48,588 bases of DNA from Octopus bimaculoides (lineage: Eukaryota), in contig NC_068983.1 of NCBI RefSeq assembly GCF_001194135.2, forward strand, positions 104,695,506 through 104,744,093, read 5' to 3'. Made by a program: the position numbers and the translations under genes. Of this stretch, positions 38,291 through 48,588 are shown piece by piece. Below the pieces are notes generated by a model. That model had not been told where the DNA came from. It saw only the letters and a list, made by a program, of their open reading frames with translations, and did no database searches. Every line of letters begins with the position of its first letter. Position 1 is the first letter of the stretch.

Positions 38291-38597
38291 GACCTGACAT
38301 ATACATACATACATTGACTTTTATATATCAACATAAGACATTCACATCTACATATAAGCTTTCATCATGGCAATATGATACTAAAACTGAAACCTAGTGT
38401 CAAGATCATTTGCATTCTTCCACTTCTAGTAACTTGAAATAAATTTGATCGCTGCCATTCGAAATTAATTTTCTTTGTGGAAAACGCGGAGCCCATCTTT
38501 CCGCATGCTCTACCATAAGCTCGCATGTACACACGCCCACGAACATATGTATGCGTGCGCACAATCAGGCTCGGGCGCGCACACACATAAGCGCACG

Positions 38598-38666
<69 letters not shown>

Positions 38667-40135
38667 TCATACGCACGCACACAGACACGTACATGCACCC
38701 AAAGCGGATATCGTTTATATTACAAGAAGCTGTCTTCGGAATGAGAACCAAATTCACAGAAAACTCGTGATTAATACTAGATAACGGGGATGCCTAATCT
38801 GGTGAAAATAGCAGCCAAATCTCATTCGAATGGCACCTCACCGTTTTAAAAAGGGTAGGACATATTGAGCAATATCCAAAAGTAGGCAGAATGATGACGG
38901 CTGGGAAACTATGATAGGTTTGCACGATCAGGGACGATCTAAATAACAACAGTACCAACAAAAGCACCACCAAAACACCACCAACAAAAACACCAACAGC
39001 ACCAATAACAAAAACTCAAGTTTCATCAGAAGTAGATAGTTATCTTGTTTACTGTAGCTTTACCATACACACTCATCAGAACACAAATTTACATGCATAT
39101 AAAATAAAAGACAGCGATATACAGATTTTCATTTATACAGATATATAAGCCCGTTAACTCACTACTGTACAACTGTCCTGACAGGAAATGCAGGTATCAT
39201 TTATTTATTATTTATCTCGAGGCGGAGGACGTGTGTCCGTTATCTTTGCAAACCCTCCTAGTTTGGTGATGTCATCAATGCGTTTGACGTTCAACTTGAA
39301 TTTTTGTAGGTTGAAGTCTCTAGGGTGGGGGTGAAAACTTGCACTGAGTGTTCCAGAGGGCTGCACTTTTGAAAAGGAAGGAGAAAGAATTGAGTGAAGT
39401 AATTTGAGTGGAGTTTGGAACATGAGACACAGTGGGGATAATGAGAGAAGTAAAGGAGTTGAAGAATTTCTTGATTGTTAATTACGATAAACAAAGATTA
39501 TTTGACAGAAATTTTACATTCTAATTATCATTGAAACATTGTCAAAATTAAGGCCCCATTACATTATATGAGTATTGGTTTACTAAGAAACAACTGAAGA
39601 AGGATATCTTTTCTTCTTAATACGTGATATTTGTCGATTTTTTCACTCCAAAAGCAGACGATCAAATCGTCATAGGTGTAAGGTGAAGTGAGTAATTGTG
39701 TCGGTAGACATTATTGCATGACCTAAAAGATAGCTTATAACTGTCTTTTTTATTTGATCGACATCTACATTATTTTCTCTTTAATGCTCCAATTTTAATC
39801 TCATCCTCTCCACAGTTTACACTGCCAGTGTTGCTACCCTCGTCACCAATTGTCAGCAATAACGACAACAAATACGACAACAGCATTAGCAAACAACAAA
39901 GACATGATACGAGCAAACATCACCATCAATAACAGCAACATGACATAAGGAATATACAGGATTATTGAAATAGAGGGAGGGATACTGAGGCATTCATTTA
40001 AGTTGTTTAGAGGAGTGGAAAAAGAAACCATTGTTTTCTGCCATCTTTTTTCCTTTTTCTTTCTTTCTATCTTTTCTCTCTTCTCCCATCATCCCCATAT
40101 TCCTACTCACATCATTGTTTGCGCTCTTTCAGTCA

Positions 40136-40140
<5 letters not shown>

Positions 40141-40213
<73 letters not shown>
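40141..40213. repeat. (CT)n microsatellite
   Basis: Direct reading. Confidence 0.95.
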
Positions 40214-40217
<4 letters not shown>

Positions 40218-40610
40218 TCTTCCTCCCTCTCACCTCAGTGTCTCTTTCATTTGCTGAAAGCAAGCAAGGAAACAGACCGGAGACACTTAAGAATGAATCA
40301 GTTACTGGATTAGATGAGATTGCTTCATCCGTGGCTGAAAATCAAATACCTCTGACGATATGCATTTTCAGAGAGCTTCTATTATCATCCGTCATCTTGA
40401 TGGGTTTTTCACCAAACAACATTTCACGACATCCCCTACCATGCACTTAATGTAAACGTTGTGTCTGTGCTGTCGGAATTAAAGAGATTGTTTTCCCTCC
40501 ACATCTTACATTTTCACCCTCTCATTATGTGCTGGTCTGTATGTATCACTATATACGTGTATGCATTTCAAAGCAAACGCCGGTTTAATTGTGGGCGTCC
40601 CATGTATGTG

Positions 40611-40647
<37 letters not shown>

Positions 40648-41108
40648 NNNNNNNNNNNNNNNNNNNNNNNNNNNNNNNNNNNNNNNNNNNNNNNNNNNNN
40701 NNNNNNNNNNNNNNNNNNNNNNNNNNNNNNNNNNNNNNNNNNNNNNNNNNNNNNNNNNNNNNNNNNNNNNNNNNNNNNNNNNNNNNNNNNNNNNNNNNNN
40801 NNNNNNNNNNNNNNNNNNNNNNNNNNNNNNNNNNNNNNNNNNNNNNNNNNNNNNNNNNNNNNNNNNNNNNNNNNNNNNNNNNNNNNNNNNNNNNNNNNNN
40901 NNNNNNNNNNNNNNNNNNNNNNNNNNNNNNNNNNNNNNNNNNNNNNNNNNNNNNNNNNNNNNNNNNNNNNNNNNNNNNNNNNNNNNNNNNNNNNNNNNNN
41001 NNNNNNNNNNNNNNNNNNNNNNNNNNNNNNNNNNNNNNNNNNNNNNNNNNNNNNNNNNNNNNNNNNNNNNNNNNNNNNNNATATATATATATATATACAT
41101 ACACACAC

Positions 41109-41139
<31 letters not shown>

Positions 41140-41199
41140 CACATACATACATATACATGTATGCATGTATGTATGTATGTATGAATGTATGTATGTATG

Positions 41200-41233
<34 letters not shown>

Positions 41234-41237
41234 TGTG

Positions 41238-41296
<59 letters not shown>

Positions 41297-41655
41297 CTAT
41301 ATATATATAGATGTATAAACAAATCACTCTACAAACTAAATATGTAAGTCAAAAGTTAAAATGTCCACGACAACGCTCTGTAAAAAAAAATATGGTTCGA
41401 ATGATTTGCTTCACGATAAGGTCAATCATTTAACTTGGTCACTAAGGAACTCCACTACTCTAGATGTCTTGAGTTGATAAACGTCTGCTTAAAAGCCCTA
41501 TTTTCGGTGGATATCCAATTGAGTTCACACTTTCCAAAGTAATTTTAAGTAACCAAAGGAAAAGGACAATGGAAAAGCAGCAAGCGAATAGGCTTATTTA
41601 ACTAGTTTCGTGCATACAGACAAGTGCTTAAGCGTCTGCATGCGCGCGCGCACGA

Positions 41656-41686
<31 letters not shown>

Positions 41687-41777
41687 TGTGTGTGTATACA
41701 TATACGTATGTGTGTGTTTGTATACATGTATACATACATATATATATATACATATATATATATACATATAAATATAT

Positions 41778-41824
<47 letters not shown>

Positions 41825-42079
41825 TTTATCTGCTCATTTCCCCTTTCCTTCTATCTACACACATACGGACACACACACACACACTCACACACATACACAC
41901 ATCACACACACATATATAATGGACTGTCATGTCGTCTTCGATTTGTGAACAATCCTGTTGTTCACTCAACTGGAGAATCTGCTCATTGAATCATCGCGGC
42001 GCAAGCGTGACATGGCTGGCCCTTTTGACTCGCAGGAACATTTTCCGTCTACTCATGCACTCACTTAAGATGCTATACC

Positions 42080-42150
42080 ATGTGATCGAACCCGCGATCC
42101 CATGGTTGCGAAGTGAACAATTTAATGACGCAGTCACAACTGCAGCCACA
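42080..42150 (-). mobile_element. Degenerate tRNA-derived SINE head (family B-like)
   Basis: Minus strand …ttcgcaaccatgggatcgcgggttcgatc (B-box). Confidence 0.55.
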
Positions 42151-42305
42151 TGTATGTATGTGTGTATGTATGTACACATCTATGCATGTTTTTATGTTCG
42201 TATGTTTGTATTATGTATGCATGTAATTATGTATGCATGTATGTATGTTTGAATGTATGTATGTATGCATGTATGTATTCCTGTATGTATGTTCGTATGT
42301 TTGTA

Positions 42306-42425
42306 TGTTATTTCTTTGCTGCCCACAAGGGGCTACACACAGAGAGGACAAACAAGTACAGACAAACGGATTAAGTCGATTATATCGACCCCAGTGCGTA
42401 ACTGGTACTTATTTAATCGACCCCG
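42306..42425 (-). mobile_element. Headless 3' half of a SINE family C-related subfamily
   Basis: Minus strand cggggtcgattaaataagtaccagttacgcactggggtcgatataatcgactt plus a distinct tail …gccccttgtgggcagcaaagaaata. Confidence 0.8.
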
Positions 42426-42555
42426 AGGTCGACTTTGCATTTCATCCTTTCGGAGTCGATAAATTAAGTCCCAGTTGAATACTGGGGTCGATGTAATCGA
42501 CTTGCCCCCTTCCCCCAAAATTTCAGGTCTTGTGCCTATAGTAGACAGGATTATT
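42424..42555 (+). mobile_element. Headless SINE family C 3' half, fused head-to-head with the previous copy
   Basis: cgaggtcgactttgcatttcatcctttcggagtcgataaattaag…tgtgcctatagtagacaggattatt. Confidence 0.85.
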
Positions 42556-43164
42556 AATGAGCGCAGTGTTGTATTAGTAAGTACTGATACAACAGTTAAA
42601 CATAAATTATAATTGATATCCATTGGACATCACTGTAAAATGCTTCGAGAGACATATAATGAGTCAGAAGTGGAGTGTAACAAGAATGTTTTCACTAATA
42701 TCTCACGTTATTGTTCATGTTCTTACATAAAGGTAACACGGAAGCATATTTTAAAGTGGTATGACTCATTAAAATGTACCCAAACATCGACATATAATTG
42801 TTTTCATAATTGTGAAAGAAGCTATGAAAAACATTACCAACAAGTTATGGAATGAAGTTGGATTGATTTGTTTCTGTTTATTTATAATCTAGAGCGTCCG
42901 AATGTACTGTATGTTTTATGTTTCTCCTAACATATGAACGTCAGTTCTATTTTGTAGGATCGTACATGGCTGTCAAATGTAGTTTAGCTAGTGCACAATT
43001 CTGTAAAGACCCACTGGTAAATTATGATGTAAATTACTGCGTAGGTAATCTAATATTTCAACGTCATACCAGTTAATTATTTCTACATAATCTTTAACAA
43101 ATTAATACATTTAACAAGCGCAGATATAAAACTTAATACATTCTCACACAAACATTTACAGACA

Positions 43165-43222
<58 letters not shown>

Positions 43223-43805
43223 CCTGTCTATCTATCTGTCTGTCTGTCTGTCTGTCTGCCTGTATGTCTGTCTCACTGCCTGTCTGTCTGTCTCACACAC
43301 ACACACATACACACACACACNNNNNNNNNNNNNNNNNNNNNNNNNNNNNNNNNNNNNNNNNNNNNNNNNNNNNNNNNNNNNNNNNNNNNNNNNNNNNNNN
43401 NNNNNNNNNNNNNNNNNNNNNNNNNNNNNNNNNNNNNNNNNNNNNNNNNNNNNNNNNNNNNNNNNNNNNNNNNNNNNNNNNNNNNNNNNNNNNNNNNNNN
43501 NNNNNNNNNNNNNNNNNNNNNNNNNNNNNNNNNNNNNNNNNNNNNNNNNNNNNNNNNNNNNNNNNNNNNNNNNNNNNNNNNNNNNNNNNNNNNNNNNNNN
43601 NNNNNNNNNNNNNNNNNNNNNNNNNNNNNNNNNNNNNNNNNNNNNNNNNNNNNNNNNNNNNNNNNNNNNNNNNNNNNNNNNNNNNNNNNNNNNNNNNNNN
43701 NNNNNNNNNNNNNNNNNNNNNNNNNNNNNNNNNNNNNNNNNNNNNNNNNNNNNNNNNNNNNNNNNNNNNNNNNNNNNNNNNNNNNNNNNNNNNNNNNNNN
43801 NNNNN

Positions 43806-45073
43806 ACTATATGTTGTTGCGTACGGAAACGTTCTCTGTGGGACAATCCCGTTGTAGTTCAGGCTCTCGCCTCTAGAAGTCACTTGATGGGACCCTCAGA
43901 CATCAGTCTGCCGACTGGCGTCGTCCACTTAGGTCGTACTGCCATGTGGTGCGTCTTTGTTTTTCAGTGCTTCTCCCCTGTTCGTCGAGTTTTGGGATGG
44001 CTAAAACGAAGGAACAGCATGCTTCCGTGAAATTCTGTTTACTGCTGGGAAAACGACGACCGAAACAGTTGTTATGCTTCAAATAGCTTATAAGGACGCT
44101 GCCATGAGCAAAACACAAGTTTACGAGTGGTTTTCACACTTTAGGAATAGTCACATATCGCTTGAAGACCAATCTCTTTACGTGCGACTGTCGACCACCC
44201 GAACGAATGAAAACGTCATGAAAATTCGTGAACAGATCTTGCAGAACCGTCGCCGAACAATTGACGAACTTGTTGATATGACTGGTGTGTCCTGGAGCTC
44301 CGGCCAATGAATTTTGAGCGAGGAATTGTGAATGAACAGAGTTTCCGCAAAATTTGTGCATCGCTTGCTGGCAGAAGATCAAAAGCAGTCGGAAGTTGAT
44401 CGGGACCTTTTTCGAAAGTCATCACTGGTGGTGAAAGCTGGTGCTACGACCGGAAACAAAGTCAATAGAAGCATTCAACGTCACCAAAAGAGTGCGGCAA
44501 GTGAAGTCCAATGTCAAGACGATGCTGGTTTGTTTCATCGATGCGAAAAGATTTGTCCACACAGAATTTGTTCTTCCTGGTTAAACTGTTAACCAAACAT
44601 TTTATTTGGCAGTTCTGAAGTATTTGCGAGACGCGGTGAGACGAAAAGCCTCGACCTGTGGCAAAGTGGAGAGTGGTGGTTTCATCACGACAATGCACAT
44701 GCGCACACTGCCTTGAGTGTGAGACAGTTTTTGACCAAAAATGGCATGACCCTGCTTACCTACACATTTTATTCACTTGATCTTGCTTCTTGCGATGTTT
44801 TTTGTTTCCCCGAATGAAAAAAGTCCTTAAAGAAAGACGTTTTGCCGATATGGAAGAGGTGAAGCAAAAAAAAAAAAAAAAAGAGCGACGGAGGCGTTAA
44901 AAGGCATCACTTCGCAAGAGTTCCAGGACTACTTCGAACCGTGGAAAACGCATCTGGACCGATGCATTGCTTCAAACGGAGAATACATTGAAGGCGATGA
45001 AAGTGTAAACATGTAAAGCTAAGTGAATAAAATGGTTTTGTAAAATTTCGGTTTCTTTTGTGTGCCCTTCGTA
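43806..45073 (+). mobile_element. Decayed mariner (Tc1/mariner, DD34D-type) DNA transposon
   Basis: 3' TIR-like end …aaatttcggtttcttttgtgtgcccttcg|ta. The 5' TIR is not visible and is probably in gap 43321-43805. Confidence 0.88.
43997..45016 (+). pseudogene. Mariner transposase pseudogene (multiple frameshifts and stops)
   Basis: MAKTKEQHASVKFC…, MSKTQVYEWFSHF, RRRTIDELVDMTGVSW, RVSAKFV.RLL, ITG(G)ESW (first catalytic D mutated), WFHHDNAHAH, YSLDLASCD, GEYIEG. Confidence 0.9.
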
Positions 45074-45111
45074 TGTATCATACCACCTTTTTCTAACTTC
45101 TTACATACTCG

Positions 45112-45476
45112 ATGGAAGCGCAATGACTCGCGGTCATAGGATCGCGGTTTCGATTCCCAGACCGGGCGTTGTGAGTGTTTATTGAGCGAAAACACCTAAA
45201 ACTCCACGAAGCTCCGGCAGGGGGTGGTGGTGAACCCTGCTGTACTCTTTCACCACAACTTTCTCTCATTCTTACTTCTTGTTTCTGTTGTGCTTGTAAT
45301 TCAAAGGGCCAGCCTTGTCACACTGTGTCACGCTGAATATCCCCGAAAACTACGTTAAGGGTACACGTGTCTGTGGAGTGCTCAGCCACTTGCACGTTAA
45401 TTTCACGAGCAGGCTGTTCTGTTGATCGGATCAACTGGAACCCTCGACGTCGTAAGCGACGGAGTGCCAACAACAA
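45112..45476 (+). mobile_element. SINE family A copy with a 21-nt deletion removing the A-box
   Basis: caatg|actcgcgg versus caatg-gcccagtggttagggcagcgg-actcgcgg in the 6644-7030 copy. (CAA)n tail present. Confidence 0.92.
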
Positions 45477-46282
45477 TAGCAACATACTGGATATTGGAAT
45501 AATATGAAGAATGTTTATGCAATTAATGTTTCTAGTCTTCTTGCAGGACTGGAAGAATGCATAGTCACGATAAGACACAGGAATATAACTGCATTTCTAT
45601 GCTGGTTCATGTTCTGGGAATGAGACACTGTAGAGATGAGATATAGAGGAAGAAGTGGGTGCAGAAGGATGCGTGGTGAAACCCTAGTTGAGATTTGAAC
45701 CATAGATTTCAGATTCGCCCACGAACTAATATATTTCTATAACAAGAATGTGCCACTTTTAAAGGTAATAAAACTACGCAGATATGGATCGACCAATCAG
45801 TACTGGCTTATTTATAGCAATCTTCATAGAAGTATGTGAGTTTTTTTGCCAAATAATTTGGCCGAAGATTTTTGAAAGATGGTTAATAGCCATAAAATAT
45901 TGTCATATTCAACCTCAGGCCTGAAGCCACTAAGCTGTCTAGGAAAATCTATGTTGCTTGTCTCAACGTGCTTGTCTCTACGCCTCCTTCACTTTTAAGG
46001 AACATGCTTAAGTTGTACTCAACAAAAGTCATTAACCTTCACTTGTAGAGCCTAGTAACATAAATTAATTTTATGCAGAAATTACTTTTCCGATACCACC
46101 TTCATTACATTTATATCCAGCAAGTTATGTGCAGAAGATTCCTAGCCATCAAGTTATTGAATATACATTTGTAAATATAACAATGCATGTTAATAAAATA
46201 TCTGAAAATTCAAGTTTTGATGCGGTCATTGTTTCACACTCAAACTTCCTAACTTGTGAAACGCCTTAGTAGAATATATGAC

Positions 46283-46353
<71 letters not shown>

Positions 46354-46899
46354 CAAATAGGTACAGGTGTCAATTCATACGGTCGTTTCTAACGACTCCT
46401 TTAATTGATTAATGAGAACATTACATCATTGCAAAGAAACCGTTTTTGTCAGATGAATTCATGATCTTCAAACATAAAGGACAGTTCAACTTATTCAACA
46501 TAGTTAACAAATTCACGGAGTAAAAATATTTACACACATATATGGGGAACAAGGACAATCTTTTCCTTTTCGTCCCTACCAGTAAAACCCAAAACATTGA
46601 AGTTTTTAGCATGGGATCAACAAACTAAAATTTGCAGAATGAATAATAACTTTGAATTGATATTGTTAACATAACACTATATTCGTCTGAGAAAAGCTAT
46701 TTGTATTTTTGTTTGTTGTTCAATGTTTGTTTGTTCCATAAATTATAGTACATACATTTAAAATTTTCCCCGAGCTTATATTTAGTTATCTTGTATTAGA
46801 CAAAAGCCAAAGTCTGTGCAATATTTGCCTCGTTTATAGACTGAAATCCTAGAGATCATACACCAAAAGTTGATATGTACAAACCTGTAGAATTCTAAA

Positions 46900-48561
46900 A
46901 TGCTACAGAAGCTGAACGGGTGGCAGTAAGAATTGATTACATCAACACCGAAGAAAAGGATGTAATGCTAACAATTGATGATATAGACGCAAACTCAGCT
47001 GCTGGCCCTGACGGATTTCCAGCAATCCTTCTCAAGTCATGCAAACGAGTCCTTGCAAAACTATTGCAGCTACTTTTTCAGAGCTTCCTCGCAAATGGTA
47101 AGCTCTTGAACAAACTGAAGGAAGGAATAATATGCCCTAACTCTAAAGGAGGAAGCAGAGCTGGTTCTAACAACTATAGGCCTATCTCTCTGACCTCACA
47201 CATCAGCAATGTCATGGAACGAATAGTCCGAAGGAAATTAATAGCATCCCTTGAAGGGAATGACTTGCTGACTGACACCCAGCATGGTTTTCGACCAGGT
47301 AGAAGCTGCCTAACACAGCTCTTGCAGCCTTACGACTGGGTACTAAAGTAGCTGCTCAACAACTCAAAAGGGGACGTGATATACCTCGGCTTTGCAAAAG
47401 CTTTTGACAAAGTCGACCATGGTATTTCTCACAAGTTTCGAAGACTTGGAGAATGGCTACATGACTCTCTAAAAGTCAGGTAGTGGTGGTCAATGGGGCC
47501 ACCTCCAAGAATACACAAATAATGAGTGGTGTTATACAGGGCACAATCCTGGAACCACTGCTATTCATAGTGGCCCTCAGTTGCTCAAGTACCTACCTTT
47601 GCTAGCTATGCAGACGATACAAAAGTCTCTCAGAGGATACAGAACCCTGGAGACGTTGTGCATCTGCAACGGGAGTTGGACGCAATATACAGGTGAGCTG
47701 AGGAAAATAACATGCAGTTTAATGCTGGAAAATCCCAAGCCCTGCGCTACCAACACAAGAAGCTCAATGAAAAGCAGATAGGATACACTGACCCAGGAGG
47801 GATTTCAATCCTTGAATTAAAATCACAACGTTACCTGGGCATCGACATGGGTAATGATGCATCTTTACAGGTGCACATTACTAAGTTGGCAATAAAATGC
47901 AGTCATCTGGATGGGTGGATCTTTCGAACTTTTCAAAACAAGTGTAAAGGTAACCATGACGGTCTTTTGGAGGACTTTCGTTCTTAGCCGCCTGGATTAC
48001 TGCTCCCAACTGTGGTCACTAAACTGTGTAAAATTAACGACGGAACTCGAGACGATCCAGAGAAGTTACACAGGGAAGATCGATACAATGCGATATATCA
48101 GCTACTGGGAGACACTGAAAAAGTTGACTCTACTCCCTGGAGTGAAGGCGGGTAATATGCATCTGGAAAATCCTACAAAAACTTGTTCCAAATTTTGGCA
48201 TTGTCACTTACACAAACACCAGGACGGGGTGATACTGCATGGTACCAAAGGTCCTAAAATTGCCCTCAGGATATAGAACCAGATACTGCAACAGCTTGAC
48301 CTTCAAAGGCCCATAGCACTTCAATATCCTCCTACAAAGCCTGAGAGACCTGCATGTAGGATTTTTCAAAACAAAACTAGATCTCCTTCAGTCAAGAGTT
48401 CCGGATGAACCTACCTCTAGGCAAGAAACACAGATGAGGGCAGCAAAGTCAAACTCCCTCATCCACCAAATGTCACATGTCAGAGGAGGTTTCGTGAAAG
48501 TATAGCAAAGTAAACGGAGGTGACCCAGCATGGCCTCAGTACTTGGACAGAAACTTAGAGA
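46900..48561 (+). mobile_element. 5'-truncated decayed CR1/L2-group LINE (RT domain to 3' end)
   Basis: SAAGPDGFPAILLK…NYRPISLTSHISNVMERIV…QHGFRPGRSCLTQLL…AKAFDKVDHG…YADDTK…SRLDYCSQLWS…IQRSYT. The 3' end runs into (ATGT)n. Confidence 0.92.
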
Positions 48562-48588
48562 ATATGTATGTATGTATATATACATACA

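Noticed and set aside
39010-39085. Minus-strand CUGAUGA…GAAAC-UUGA-GUU as a type I hammerhead
   Set aside because: Stem I cannot form (GUGUU vs UUUG) and stem II is only 2 weak pairs.
40232-40450. Plus-strand exon after the (CT)n tract
   Set aside because: The apparent polypyrimidine tract is the microsatellite itself, and no good donor was found.
42613-42855. 80-aa ORF as a piggyBac remnant or host exon
   Set aside because: Only a faint RK..KWY similarity and no convincing motif. The nearby 59-nt exon-like piece (42957-43015) is too short to support.

Overview
Repeat-dense, AT-rich eukaryotic intronic or intergenic DNA from a gappy draft assembly. There are 12 N-gaps totalling about 4.8 kb: 3531-3723, 7988-8313, 10212-10413, 11846-12771, 13581-13762, 15956-16320, 28723-29697, 32769-32778, 33634-~34112, 34858-35051, 40648-41080 and 43321-43805. 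The SINE families and the (ACAT)n/(CA)n/(TATC)n landscape suggest an octopus-like cephalopod (inference). No intact host gene is recognisable, and most ORF-track entries are microsatellite or gap artefacts. The window holds about 16 tRNA-derived SINE copies in four modular families (labelled A-D here), decayed RTE LINEs, a CR1/L2-group LINE, the 3' end of a HERO/NeSL-like restriction-endonuclease-type LINE, a decayed mariner and a foldback MITE. The main finding is a set of hammerhead-ribozyme-like motifs carried by repeats. Three have the junction strands in a non-circularly permuted order (cleavage strand, then GAAA strand, then CUGAUGA strand). Two of these sit in diverged copies of an unclassified repeat family (11631-11686 and 34276-34335) and have invariant cores and structure-preserving stem changes. 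The third is in the HERO-like 3' UTR (27088-27140). A conventional type I hammerhead lies on the minus strand (14598-14670). All folds were done by eye, and none has been tested computationally or experimentally.
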